NCBI GenBank assembly: GCA_001600815.1
Contig: BCKZ01000041.1
Coordinates: 1 to 64,000, forward strand
DNA: 64,000 nucleotides
Reading direction: 5' to 3'
Source of the DNA: Alloascoidea hylecoeti
Taxonomy: Eukaryota
In this document: in pieces, positions 12,691-26,700 of the stretch
Position numbering within the stretch: position 1 is the stretch's first letter
How the letters are laid out: the number at the start of each line of letters is the position of its first letter
Position numbers and translations under genes: made by a program
The notes under the pieces: model-generated
The model's input: the letters and a program-made list of their open reading frames with translations, nothing else
Database searches by the model: none
Told to the model about the DNA's origin: nothing

Positions 12691-14058
12691 TGTATATCTA
12701 GTTATAGCATAATATCAACCTCATTTAATAATTTTAAAATTGTGCATCTACTTAATTCTATCTGTTTAACGTATAATCCTATTTCATGTTCAAATAAATC
12801 CTATATAGTGATTTTTTTTTGAATCGGTTTTCAATTGTAGGTTTTAGAGTTATTAAATTAAAACTATAATATTGAACATTGCATGAAGACCTTAAAAAGA
12901 TGAATACCGTGGGATCTATGAGCCTATAAAATTCATCAAATTCCCCGATTCAAATAATTACAGCACATATATTATATTGTTCAGAAACGTAACGGCAATT
13001 GTTTACTTCTAACAACACAGATGTTGCTATTAATGAGACAGATTCTCTTTGCATCGGAAATCTTGCATGATATATAATGACTCATGCCTTCTTCCTGAAC
13101 ATTGATAGTTACTCATTGTTACTTTTTTGGAAGAGAGAAATGAATCTCCTTGGAACGAACCAGGGTACAAGGTGAGTAAATATAATCAAGTATTATTGCA
13201 AAAGATCATCACATGCAAAATTATTTGACACAGAAAGAACACCAACATTAGATGTACAATGTTTCATAACAAGACCGTCTAACACTCACTTTATATATAA
13301 ATAAAATTGAATGGAAGAACTTTGTAGATAAATTTATGACTGTTCATATACATCTCAGACTGTAGATTACTCCTTAAGCTGATGTATTTACAATTTTGAA
13401 CGTAAAAATTATAAATGTGACATTATTTGAATAATTATTTTCTCTTCTATAGGACAATCATTCAAAGTAATATATTTAAATTGGTGTCTTGACGGCCTTT
13501 GGAATAGTGCCGCAATTAAAAGACACAAGCAAATATGATATATAAAATGAAATGATAGCTTAGAGGTTTACAGCTCCAAATTATTCTGAGAATCTGTAAT
13601 ATATCTTAAAATACATACAAATATCGTTTTTCGTTAACTATGAGTAAATTAGTACCATTTCAGAACAATATTACATATTGTTTGTTTAAAATACTTAAGT
13701 TTGGGTTTTAAGGTTACAATAATCGAGTTATTAATGGAACGTTTTATTTATACAGCATATTTATTTGATCTCATTATTTAACTATTTAGTAGGGTAATGA
13801 GTTTTCCATAATAGTATTAGAAAAGTAAAGTATTAGACTAGTGTGACACGGCTACAAGTAGAACTAAGTCTAATTAAAAAAACATCCGAGTCAAATAAAA
13901 GAAATAAATAGTGTAGATAAACTTCTCTTTTATAGATTAATAACAAATTTAACAGATTTCTCTTTCGAAGAAAGTTCCGGATTGTACAAAGTAATTAACG
14001 TAAAGCTTTACAGCCTTTGTAGAACCATCATATCTAGACTGATATTTGATCTCCCCAA

Positions 14059-14327
14059 TGTTGGAATTTAAGTGATAATACCGTGTATATATATGTAGCG
14101 CATTATTTGATGCCTCAAATAGCCTAGCGTTTAGTATAATTATTGTATAGTAGTATAAATCCTTTTCCTCACAATATGAGATGGTATTTAGTTGATTGTT
14201 GTAGTGAAAGATAAAGTTTTGAAAAGGATTTATATATAATAAAGTTCTAAGTACCTGTGTCTCCTAGTTACGCCAAAAAGCCAATCGACTCTTTGTGAAC
14301 TGTTTTAAGAATGTACAATATCCAATA
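14059..14327 (+). mobile_element. Degenerate solo LTR (TGTTGG...CCAATA)
   Basis: Starts TGTTGGAA. Its 3' ~100 bp match three other copies that end in CCAACA. No intact TSD. Confidence 0.6.
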
Positions 14328-14878
14328 ATATATTCTTTGAATCTAAAATCTGATAAACTTATTTCTGTCCATAAAAATTATAGCAATATTAAGCGTTACA
14401 AAGACTCCTAAATATTATGATTTACGGTTTATATTATAAAGAAGGACCTTCGAGGAGATAAAAGAAATCAAATGAAAAACTAATTCTTGTATGTGAAATA
14501 GCAGTAAACATTCGGGTTAGGATTAATTGAATTTACAGAGCCTAGTGAAAGTGTGATATTTTAAAACTCTCAATTGACTCTAGTAGAAATAGTGCAATAG
14601 AATAAAAAAAATCTAACAATCTATAATATATACCAGTTTAGGATAAATGAGCTTGTAATAATCGAATTTGTAAATAAAATTTTTAAATTTAATATCATAA
14701 AATAAAAGGATGGTTATTTATAATCAATTAAATAAATATCCAAGCTTGAAAAATATTTCGATTATTAACTTTCATTTGACTTTTATACTTATTTTCCTAG
14801 CAGATAAACCACATTGCAATGTCCCATCGATGGATATAAATACCCTTCAGATTTCCCATTAGTTTAAGTTCTACATAA

Positions 14879-14978
14879 TGTTGGATATTCTATATATATA
14901 TTACACTCTTAGAACAGTTCACTAAAGAGTCAAGTGGCTTTTTGGCGCAACTGGGAGAGCAGGCACTTTGAACTTTAA
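14879..14978 (-). mobile_element. LTR 3'-end fragment
   Basis: Reverse complement is nearly identical (about 5 differences in 100 nt by eye) to 44919-45017; ends ...TATCCAACA. Confidence 0.65.
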
Positions 14979-16839
14979 CACATAATTTTCATAGTAATTA
15001 AATAGTCTTAACAATACAATTAGCTTTATATCTTTAAAAAGGATATTACACTTTATAATTAAAATTGATAATAAATACATGTCGTAATTTGAGGTCTGTG
15101 CAGTAAATGTGATCACGTAAGTGTATAAAGAAATCTGAATATACAAGTTTCTCCTTTCTTTTCTTTAATTTACTGTCGATTTGAGCTATTTTTGTTGTTT
15201 AATTCTTTTCGCTGTGCATCCTTTGTTTAAGGACATCTCGCAACATTTTGCAGGTGATGATATTTTGCGATACTTTTTGGTACTGTTTATTCGCTTTGTA
15301 CCCGGCTTATTCTTCGGAGATTCATTTCTTTCTTCTGGAAAAGTAACATTGACTAACTATCAAGGTTCAGGAAGAAGTCACAACTTATCATATACCAAGC
15401 AAACTTTCTGATGCAAAATGATTCTGTCTCATTAATATGAACATTTATATTGTTGGGGAAACAAACACAGATTCTGAGCAATATCTGTGGTACAGCTTTT
15501 TAGTATTTTATAATATATAAATTTGAGGAATGTATGAAATTTCTTATTAAACTTTGATGCAGTTGTTCAATAGTAGAGTTTTAATAATTTAGAAAACCTA
15601 TTGGGGATTAAAAAGCTTTCAAAATTATTCGATGAAACTTAATATTTATAATATCTGATTGTGAAATCTACCTTGTTTCCTTAAATATTATTTAAACCTT
15701 GTTAAAAAAATAATGTTTCTTTTTTACAGCAGAAGAATTTTGTATATTGTTCTAGCAGTTTAATGGAAATCTACGTTGTTCCAACAAAAGGAAATGTTTG
15801 GGAAGCAGGGATGATATTATATGCAAATATTATTATAGGGTTACCTAATCGACATAGCTCATGCAGTTTAGCTACCACAAAAGTTGAAGCAATAATATAT
15901 AAATTAATTCTTCTCTTAGGAATGTTTCTTCCTAATATTTTACCAATTTGGCTGCGATTTCTTTAGTGTTTTTACTCAAATTATCAAACCGTTCCTTTGT
16001 TTTTGATGCACCAGGTGATGAACTGTTGCAATTGTGATTCATGCTTTATTTACTTAACGCGAATAGTCTCCACTAACGGTGATTGGATATCTCTGTTCAG
16101 GGAAGCAAATTCGTGTGTTAAGTAGGAGTTCGTTCTAAATTAAGCAACGTTTCTGATGGTTCCACACATCATTTTAGTGGTTGTAAATATTTATTTTAGT
16201 GCGTGTGTTGTTCCAAATTGTCCTTTTCTGAATTTAAAATCAAATGCTAAGTTTCCAGTTTCATACTACGGAAAGAAATATTGAAAGATACCAGAACATG
16301 AACATATAATATAATTTAATGGAATGGTCGGTACCTACTAGAAGTACGTTGCTTTTTTAGCTATTCCTTATAATTAATGTTCAATTGTACATACTGTTGA
16401 AGCTCCAAAAAAACTAAAATACAATAGCCAAACTTAACAAAATATTAATCCGCTTTATCTCCCATATTTACAGTACTGTTTCAATTTGACGTATATGTGT
16501 AAATTTTTATTTAAATCCCAAATTCAAGTTGTTCTCACAGGAAGTAAACATAAAAAAACATAAATAGAGTAAAGAACGTGTATCAAGGTATTTAATATTC
16601 ATGGTAACAAATACTTGTATATTAAGTTCTGACCGTATCTCTATTTGAGAGTTTTCTGTCCAGGAATTGTAGTTGATTACCCAAAACCTTTTAGAAAAGG
16701 ATTGAATTTATATTATAGCAGCATGGAAATATTTTGTAATAGTGTTAACTAACATGAAGAATGAAATATTTAGATTTTGAGACTATTAAATTTACAAAAT
16801 CTTGAAGTTTTAAAACTTTAATTACTATTCACAAGTTAA

Positions 16840-17500
16840 ACACGTGAAATAAAGGGGCTGTAAATATCACTTTTTCTAAACCATTAATTCTATTCTTTTA
16901 CTTTCAACGATTGACCACTTGGTAAGTTTATTTTTTTTTACTGACATTTTAGATGTTATATTATAATTCCAATCTCATACGCCTATATTTGAAACTTTTT
17001 TAATAAAAAATCATAATTTAACAATTTTCAACTTTCATTTTTGAAATATAGATGAATAAATTTTGATGCATATCACATACAATTTTCTTTTAAACAGTTT
17101 GATCTTCTTTTAGCATTTCTAAATCTCATTCATTTTAGCGATTAAATTAGTGGAATATGTAGTTGATGATGATTATTATAACTTGATGAGCTTAAAATCT
17201 TTGACAATAATCAATAATATTATTAAGAATTAATCAACAAATTTATTTACGAAACTTGTTTCATTATCTTAATAAGTGATGATTGAGAAATGCTGTGAAT
17301 AAGTTAACTCAATATATCTGAGATATACAATTGGTAGGGTCTCACTGGTGGAAAATATTCATCTGAGGGAGAGATGAAGTTTCCTGCAGTTTGTTCAACT
17401 ATTTGTATAATTAATTTTCTAATTTAAGTTATTGCAAGCCAATTGCAGTGACTGGTGATAAAGGTATACATAAATTTGAAATATAATTATTACTTCTAAT
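16840..17500 (+). repeat. Decayed dispersed repeat (gene relic), copy c, with an intron-like remnant
   Basis: Shares blocks with 12240, 11720 and 22760-23140 (TTGCAxTGACTGGTGAT..AGGTATA). Contains GTAAGT...ACTGAC..TTTAG at ~16922-16952. Confidence 0.7.
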
Positions 17501-18492
17501 TAACGAATATAGATCTTTATTATAGAAGTTCATATTTTATCAATATAAATATAAATCAATAAACAGACTTCATCTAGAAATAAATCTTTATTTTGACTTA
17601 TATAAGACAAGATAAAGTTTTAGGTACAGTCATTTTTATTTAACTTGGGTAACTTGGAGGACTAAATATTCAGCCACTAAGAAGAAACTTTTCTGTCACT
17701 TAATTCACTGTTAGGTTTGTATTCATATTGAAAGTGATTTAGATCTATTGTTAAATCTTAAGCCTCAAAAGTATTTGGTTATTATCTATTGAGAAGATTT
17801 TCTACTTTTTCAAAATATAGTTAAGGAAAATACGACAATAACTTACGTTTTGTATTAAACTGTTAAGAGATCGGATTTTAAAGGGCTCAAGAGATAGAAC
17901 GATAAAGATTTGGGGCTAGCAAAACTTGTCAATGTTTAAGAACTTTTGGTGAACCAACATCTGATAACATTATAATAGAAAATTAGTGTTACCAAATCTT
18001 GATATTTCAAAATAAGTTTTCACCCTCGATAGCAAATTTCATTCTGCTGCTGTTAACTGTAAAGATATTAATGATAAATATTTGGTACCTGGTTCAGAAA
18101 ATGTTCTTGTTTAATTTGGAAATTACAATGATTACACTGTATGTTATAGTGAGGGTGGCTATATTGGGACATAATTTATTATATAATACCAAAGTTTACT
18201 TCTCCTACTATTTTTAAACATCGAAAACTTTCGATATTCCAAATTTTTAATGTACCATCTCTTAAACCCGATAAAATCTAATTTTTGATTAGAATCTTTG
18301 TAATAAGCTTCAAAGAAAATATAACTTGCAAAACTTAACATCGTTCTTATTTATTTCAAAAGATATTATTGTTACTCTAAGCTTTAGAATACACAAATAT
18401 CAAGCTGTGGTCCATTTCTATGTAATAGATAACCTTTAAATTTATTTTTATATTCGCGATGAACTGCTTAAAGTCCTTTTGTTTTTTCCGCC

Positions 18493-18764
18493 GGCCCAAG
18501 TTTAGTTTGCTCATCCCATTTCTTTTTAAAACTCTCGGCGCTTACTTTTTGTGTTTAAATTTTTTATTTATGATTATTTTTTATTTTTCAATTTCAATTG
18601 TTTCCTACTAATTTTCAATCAAAATTTTCCTCATAAGGTTCCCGAGTGTTTACAACAAAGCCATACCAACAATTGACATAGATTGATATTCATAGTGATT
18701 TCCTTCATAATTAAATTTCTGTAAACATTTCTATCAATTCTTACTTTTCCAAATTATAAACAAG
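18493..18764 (+). promoter_or_regulatory. Conserved upstream region of the eight-copy family (representative copy)
   Basis: Blocks GGCCCA(T/A)xTTTAGT, GCGCTTAC-TTTTGT, CCTTCATAATTAAATT and ACAAACAAG-ATG recur, with variation, upstream of all eight paralogues. Confidence 0.75.
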
Positions 18765-19361
18765 ATGGCAGTTGAACCAACTCCAGGATACGACAGATAT
18801 ATTCATCCTCTCGAATTATGGAACTCGTGGTTCATCGACAATGAAGCTGAATTAAGGAGGATGGCAAATGAGAGAAATAATGACTCCAATCGCCTGGTTT
18901 TCAAGCACAGGAAGACGAACGGAGAAGGGTACACTGGTGTTATCATCCCCAAAGAAGAAATCGAAGGATTGGTTGTTATGAGATTTGATCAATCCTGTGA
19001 ATACGATAATATTTTTAGTAAAGATACTACATGGTCACCTTTATTAACGAGTGCCGAATTGAGGGCACTTAAATCGCATATATTCAAATTTTATGGGGAT
19101 AAAAAAGATACAATTGATATTGAAGTCACATCTCCGTCTTCTTCAAATAATTCTGTGCTCCTTAGTACTGACTTCTTGACTACCGATCCACCTGCAGGTG
19201 AAAATGAAAATGAGGAAGTTAGTATTACGCAACCGGCGGCTACGAATCAATCACCAGATCAGCCACCATACACAAACCAGGAGCAAGAACCTCAAGGACA
19301 AGAAGCACTAGATCAAGCATTTCTAGATGAATTAGAAGAGTCTGGGTTTTATGAATTATGA
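18765..19361 (+). CDS. Uncharacterised family, copy 1 (subtype A), 198 aa
   Basis: MAVEPTPGYDRYIHPLELWNSWF...CEYDNIF..WSPLLT...LDQAFLDELEESGFYEL*. Closest to 45810..46382. Confidence 0.8.
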   Translation: MAVEPTPGYDRYIHPLELWNSWFIDNEAELRRMANERNNDSNRLVFKHRKTNGEGYTGVIIPKEEIEGLVVMRFDQSCEYDNIFSKDTTWSPLLTSAELRALKSHIFKFYGDKKDTIDIEVTSPSSSNNSVLLSTDFLTTDPPAGENENEEVSITQPAATNQSPDQPPYTNQEQEPQGQEALDQAFLDELEESGFYEL

Positions 19362-20550
19362 TAAGCCCAGTCAATAAGAGATCAGCCATAAGCTTCTAGA
19401 TATATGTTTATAATAATACAGATATATTCAATTAAGTCAAGAAAGATATAAGTATAAAAATGAGTAAGTCCACCTTCATGGGATTCACGATATCTCTCCA
19501 AATAGTGCCTATACATCTGAATGTTGCTTGGTTCGTAATTACATTTCTCACGTATTCAAAAACTTGAGCTATCCATTCTTAACAAAATATAGGAGCAAGA
19601 GGGACCAATCATGGATCCCAGAAACTCTAAGGTATCTATTTGCTCACTAATATAATCAATTATTCGGGAAGATTTCTTTGGAATATGAGGGAATAAATAT
19701 TTAGTGATAAAATCAGTTCAGATTGTTTTGTGGATTCCATAATATATCCCAAGGAACTCCTAAAAACTACAGAAGTATCATGAAAAAATAATATACGTAT
19801 AATATATTGTTTTCTCATAGTGTTAAATCAATTAGTTAGTTACTTATAATTAAGTAATAATTGCTTAATCGTAAGTGAACCAATAACTGAAAGTGGTCAA
19901 CATATTCAACAGTATTAAACGAATCTAGTGAATAAAGGAAATTAAATGAAATAAATGAAGCTGCTGTTGATATAGGTGGGATTAACAGTGGAATCAATAT
20001 ACCTGTAGAATTTTTAGCAGAAGTCCACGACTTTTTTCCATGATTTAGATACACCGATATTCATGTTCTTCCCATTGTCCCATTATTAATATATTCTGGT
20101 GTTCCTAAAAAGAAGAATGTTGTAAACTTTCTAGAACTTGTCAAACAAGATATTTTAATTTTAACCCCAATTCCACATTTCCCGATCCCAATAAACTTGG
20201 ACATAAACGATATTGAGAACATATTTCAATTGTAAGTCAATTATCTGTTTATATGAATTTGATACTCTTAATGTATTTTGTGTTTATTTTAACTATTGTT
20301 CAGCGCTTAAATCTTAGCTTTCACAAGCCAATATTTAGTGCTAATATCCCCATTGTATAAGCTTACATTTTGTCTCTATTTTTCTCTTTTATAATTGTTT
20401 TCTAAAATATTTTCTCATTCACTCTTCAAGTTTCCAACTTTCTAAAGCCATACCAATCAACACAGACTGATACTCATAGTAACATCCTTAATAATTAAAT
20501 TGCTATACACAAAAAATACCTATTATTCCAGATTAATGTACACAAACAAG

Positions 20551-20943
20551 ATGGCAATTGATCCAACTCCAGAATACAACAAAGATCGACATCCTGTTGA
20601 AGAATGGAACCGGTGGTACTCCAAAAATGAACCAAATATAAAGTTGATGCCACGATGCAAAATGCGTGATGCGAATAATATAATTGAACGACATATGAGC
20701 ACCTTCAATCATGCGGAAAATACCAGTTCTGGCGCTGTCAATTCACTTATAAGGTTGCGGGTAATGAGATATGTTCAAATCTATAAATACGAAGATAGTT
20801 TTGGTAAGAACATCGAATGGTCACCTTTATTGACGTATTTCGAAAGGGAGGAGCTCGACTTACAAGTTCAAAAATTTAATAAGGATAATGAAGGTTTAAG
20901 GGATCTGAGACCCAGATCTCCATCTCACTATAACCTAATATAA
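20551..20943 (+). CDS. Uncharacterised family, copy 2 (subtype B), C-terminally truncated, 130 aa
   Basis: ATG in the family context CAAACAAG-ATG at 20551; MAIDPTPEYNKDRHPVEEWNRWY...WSPLLT...RDLRPR. DNA after the stop still resembles the tail of copy 3. Confidence 0.7.
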   Translation: MAIDPTPEYNKDRHPVEEWNRWYSKNEPNIKLMPRCKMRDANNIIERHMSTFNHAENTSSGAVNSLIRLRVMRYVQIYKYEDSFGKNIEWSPLLTYFEREELDLQVQKFNKDNEGLRDLRPRSPSHYNLI

Positions 20944-22759
20944 GTCGCATGATCATACAACCGGTCACTACTAGAACCCCTTCTGCTGCTAAAACTAATG
21001 AGGTGTGCACCAACTACCTGACCCTGATTCAACTTTAACCACCGAACACAAACTATTAATCTAGCACAAATGGGTCCCCGTTGTCTTCAAATTTGGAATG
21101 GAGCTTTGTAGTGAATTGAATAATTAGATATGGTCTTGTTCTTATATATGTGATTATTTCCATGTGTACTCGTTCTTAAGTAAAAAAATGTAGCCCCTTA
21201 TGTCTTCTTTATTCAAATTTTAAAAACATATATCAATTAAATATTCAACAATAACTAAAATCGTTAAACATTTACTCAATGATTAATGAATTGAGTTCGA
21301 TAATCTCTTTGAATTGGGGTTGTCTCCTAATTTAATTTATGTTTGGACTGAAACCCAAATATGAGCTAGGTTACAGTGATGTATCTTTCTTCATTCTTAA
21401 AAATTCCATCTATCATCGTCAGTTGTTGTAAGTTCTCTAATATAAGATTCTGTTTTTAAACAGTTTGACTTATTATTTTACTTCAGAATGGCCACCTATT
21501 TTTGCCGTGTGTATTCATAATCTATCCCATTTAATTCTAAAAGGTAACACCTCATATATCTTCATACCATGAGCTAGTATTCGAATAATGATTGAAACAT
21601 TTCTATTACCTTTGATCTTGAAACTTTGAACTTAAGTTCATATAACATCATTTGACTATTTGTTTCCATGAATCAAAACTCTTTTATAATGATCTAGATT
21701 TGATGATAGAAAATATGAGAAGAATATTTCAGATGCTTCACGACGAAGGTCGGAAATATAGTCAATGGCCTTCTCAAGAATTTTGTGGAGAAAACGTATT
21801 GTAGTTGTTTAAATGGTTTCCTTTCTACTCATTATTGCCAAATATTACTGCTTTTCCAATAAATAATGGGAGGAAAAAAATGGTTACAAACCTTACTGCC
21901 TTTTTTCAAAAAAAAAAGAGAACTTCGCTTGGGAATCTACGTGTTCGTGGGTCTAATTCTAACCTCATGTCCATATATAACTGAAAGATAAGCCCGTACT
22001 CATACATCTGGAACCTTATCAGTAGGATAATTTTTTAAAATGAACGTTTTTACATGATAACCTAATGTTTCTAGAACAAAGAATTTACCTTCTTTAAATG
22101 TTATAATTATATTTAAATTTTTGTGATTGCGATTCAACGGTGCTTGTATTTATGATTGTATTTGGACTCAAACTCCAATTATAGACTAGATTGTAAGCTG
22201 TTATAGGTTTTGGTAACTACCCATTTTAGTTATTACTATTTTTTTGTCGTCTATTATGAGAGGAGAAATCTAGGTGTATATGTACATGTGTGGGGAAGGT
22301 CCCAAGTGATGGCAAAGTTGAGGGATGCTCCACCATGGCCATTTGAGACAGGATGAGCTAAATGATATATCATAATAACAGTTAATTATAGTTTCCCCAA
22401 AAAATCAGTAGTAGTACTTGATGTAAAATAAGTAAATGTGCGATGAAACAAGAAATATAGCTCTTAGTTTATGAATACATAAATGAACACTTTTCCTTGC
22501 AAACCTCTCTCAAAACCGGATCTCTTTATAATTAAATATACTATAGAAAAACTTCGAGAATTCATTAAATCGAGACTTCTAATAATTGTAAATCTAAAAA
22601 CCACTAATATTTAAAACCAGACAGGCAGAATTAAATCTTTTAAATAAAATAACACTATATATGTCTACCCGGATAATAAAAGAATTAACTATTTCTATGT
22701 TCGCCTTATTGCTTTCATTCTGAATACTTAAGATATCCATTCGTTTGTGTAATTGTTTA

Positions 22760-23490
22760 TTTTGATGATGATTATCATAACTTGATCAGCTCAATTCTTT
22801 TACAAAAATTGATAACTGTATTATAAAGAATTAATTAACAGATTTATTTATAGATCTCGTTTAATTATCTTAATCATTGGTACATCTTTTTATTCATGGC
22901 GTGTTATGAATAAGTTAATTCAATATATCTGAAATTTAGTGGTGAATTGAAATTAAAGATATGTCTGGAATTTCGATTATCAATTGGTTTTATTGTATAT
23001 ATTAATGGGCTCGCTTCTTAGCGGTGATACTTGTATAAATATAGTTATTAAAATTGTATAAACCTATTTAATATAATATAGAGGTCATTGCAAGTTGCAA
23101 TGACTGGTGATGGAGGTATAATTTGAGATATAGATATTACAATTACAAATAACGTTGTAACAACTAGGAATATTGAAACTGGTCAAACAATTGAAGAATT
23201 TCGATATGACAATAAACTATTTTGTATAAAAGTAATCGAACAAACATTATTTGTTGGTGAACGCGACATGATAACAGTTTGGGATTCACAAGCAAATAAA
23301 TTAACAAAATTCATTATCTAATCAAAGAGTAAGAAATTTTTGTATAAAGGATTATAAAATGATTTCTCTTAATAATACTGGTATTATCAATTATGTTGAT
23401 TCAAAAAGATTGGGTTTTTTAACTGAAGATTCTATACTTGATTTTTACGATTTTACTGAAAAAAAATATTTAAAATATTTATCTTATCAG
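22760..23490 (+). pseudogene. Decayed WD40-like (possibly F-box/WD40) gene relic, copy d
   Basis: The 5' part shares the repeat block with copies a and c. The 3' part reads in pieces VTTRNIETGQTIEEF...LFVGERDMITVWDSQ...YVDSKRLGFLTEDSILDFYDF, WD40-like, with stops and frameshifts. Confidence 0.55.
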
Positions 23491-23752
23491 TAGCCGTATA
23501 ACTGAGAACATGCGTAGAAACTAGCACTAGTATATCTCAGATCAATTAAATATCGTTAATAAGACCAAATCGCTAACAATTATTAAGTAAATTTCGCCAT
23601 TGTTCGCAATTTAGTAAGTTTATATTCGTCTATTTAACTTTCGTTATAGATGCAATGATTACGTAATCTATATGCCGGGTAATTGTACACGTGATCTAGA
23701 TATTTTTTAACCTTCTAAAACATTTTCATGAAGAGTTTTCAACTATTATGCG

Positions 23753-26700
23753 ATGAGTATAAAATCGGAGGTATGTTTTATTTCTTACTTTATTTTCCTG
23801 TTACATTCATTAACATAATTTCAAAAGTTATGTTCAGCTCAGGGGATAACCCGACATTTGAGGTCAAAGGGAATTAGTTCACAAGATGTTGTTTCTATAT
23901 CAAATACTTTATTATCAAAAGATTATAATGAAATATATCTTCCAAATAAAGATACATTTGTTTTAGAATTATTATTTGATAGATTATCCGATGTTAATGG
24001 TTCATCATATAGGACAAATTTAAAAGTCTGGGAATTATTATTAAATGTTTGGAATTGTGAAAATGTTTCAAAAGATCAATTATTAAAAATTCAAATATCA
24101 AGAAATCATCAATTATATGATATTTTAATGAAAACTTATCAAGATCTTTTAAAAATTAATGATGAACAAATATCAATTCAAATTATTTCAAAATCAATCA
24201 ATTTATTATATTTTTTTATAAATGATGGTATTATTCAAATTCCAACAATTGAAAATTGTATTCATTTTACATCATCATTATTTGAATTGTTAACAATAAA
24301 AATTATAAATTCTAATAATGATAAAGAAACTATAAATATAATTGAAATGGTTATAAATTTAATTTTACAATTATTCAAATCATCATATGCTTCATCAACA
24401 ATAATTAAAACTTCTACAATACAATTTATAAATTTTAAAAATTTGAAATATTCATTAATTCTTTTAACAATTTCTTCAAAAATTGAAAATTCAATTTTAT
24501 CATTAATTTCATTAGTTATTTTTTCAAATGATAATTTAGAATTAAAAAAATTTGAAGAAAATATGAAACTTTTCACAAATCAATTAAATGATGATAATAA
24601 TAATGAAAAATATAATAATATAATATTATCATTATTTGAAATAATTATATCTTTATTCCCAATATCAAATATAAAATCTCATGAATATTTAGAATCATTA
24701 TTTAATATAATTATTAAAAATTATAAAAATTCAAATTTAATTATTGGTGATATTTTAAATTTATTAATTTTAAATCAAAGAAAAGTTTCAATTAATTCAT
24801 TAGATAAAATAATAACAAATGAATTGAAAAAAAATAATGAAGAATGTAATTGGTTTATAATTTCAAATATTTTATCAATGGATTATGATATTTCTTTAAA
24901 ATTTTCTGAAATTATAATGAAATCAATATCATTAAAAACAAACAATTCAACAACAAAAGATAATGAAATTAATTTAATTATTGGTAAGAAAATAATTGAT
25001 TCATTTATATCAACCCGTGATTTTGGTCCATTTTTTCAACTTTGGCTAAAAACGATTATTGAATCTCCCACCATAAATTCAAATCCTTGGTTATCAAATG
25101 ATTTTAAAGATTTAGTTTCAAAATCAATCTCATCATCATCATTATCATCAACACAATTAAAAAATTTACTTGATTCATTAATTCCTTTTAAAAATGATAA
25201 AAATTATGATTCAAAAATTATTATATTAATTTGTATTTTAAAAGGAATTTTAAAAATGTCAATTTTAACAATAAATCAATTAAATTTAAAATCATTAATT
25301 TTAAATTTATTAAAAAATGAAAATGAAAATGAAAATGAAAATAATAAATATGAAAGTTTTAAAAAATGGGAATTGATTTATTATATTTTATCTGGTATTT
25401 CATTAATTAATTTAAATAAAAATGATTTTGAAATTATTTTAAAAAGTTTAAAACAAGATATTTTAAAAATAACAAATAAAAATAATGATAATAATAATGA
25501 TAATGAAATTATATGGTTATTTTTTACATTATTTCGTATAAATGAATCATTTCAAATTGATAATGATTTAATCAATTTAAATATTGAAAAATTTATTACT
25601 TTTTATATTAATTCTGAAGTAAAATCAAAATCAAAATCAAAATCAAAATCAAAATCAAACAAAAATAAAAACAAAATCATAGATAATTCATTTAAAATTA
25701 AAACTTGTACTTTCTTATTTAAAAGATGGCAATTTTATATTAATGAAAAATTCAATAAATCACAAATTAATAATATTTTATCATTTATAATAACAGAAAT
25801 TACAACTTCACCCATAACTTCCAATGATCTTATGGATATTTTTATTAATAATGATACATTATTTGAACAATCAATAATTATGAATTGTTTAATTCATTTA
25901 TTAATAACATTATTTAAAGAATTTTCAATTAAAAATAAAGAAAAAGAAGGTGATATTTTAAAATTATTAAAAATTATTAATTTAATACCAATTGATTGTT
26001 TTAGTAAATTTGAAAAACAACAAATTTGTGAAATTTTAGAAAATTTAGGAATTTTCAATAATAAAATTAATAATGATGATGTTAAAATTTTATCAAGAAA
26101 TGCATTAATTGAATTTTTACCTATTAAATCATTAATTCAAGATAATTTTGAAAATTCAAAATATTTATTTCAATCTGAACATAACAACAAAATTGATAAT
26201 GATAAAAATAATAAAAATTATAATGATTTAAATGATTTAGGTTCAAAATTATTTTCAACAATTTGGAATCATCATATTCTTCAACAACAAGATGAAATAA
26301 GTAAAAATTATATCCAAGGAATTTTCACAATGTTAACAAAAGATTTAAAATCAAAAAATATAAAAGAATGGTTAATTTCTTATAAATTATCATCAAAAGT
26401 TTTAAACATTGGTATTTCAAATAATAAAAATTTAAAACTTACTATTGATGATTTAAGAAAACAAACTTTCATATCTGCTTTAAATGTACTTGATTCCATA
26501 ACAAATAATGATGAATTGATTTCTTATTCTTGGTTATTGGAAGAACTTGTCATTATTGTTGATTATGATGATTTGACATTGAATGAAGGAAAGAAATATT
26601 TATCCGTTATTTCAAAATATGGAGAATTTTTGAAAAATACCACGGATGATAACAATTCTCATATTCAATTTTCTTTATATTCGTTAATTTTAAAATCTTT

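Noticed and set aside
21735..21790. Minus-strand peptide KILEKAIDYISDLRR resembling bHLH helix 2
   Set aside because: No basic region or helix 1, and the frame is surrounded by stops; may be chance.
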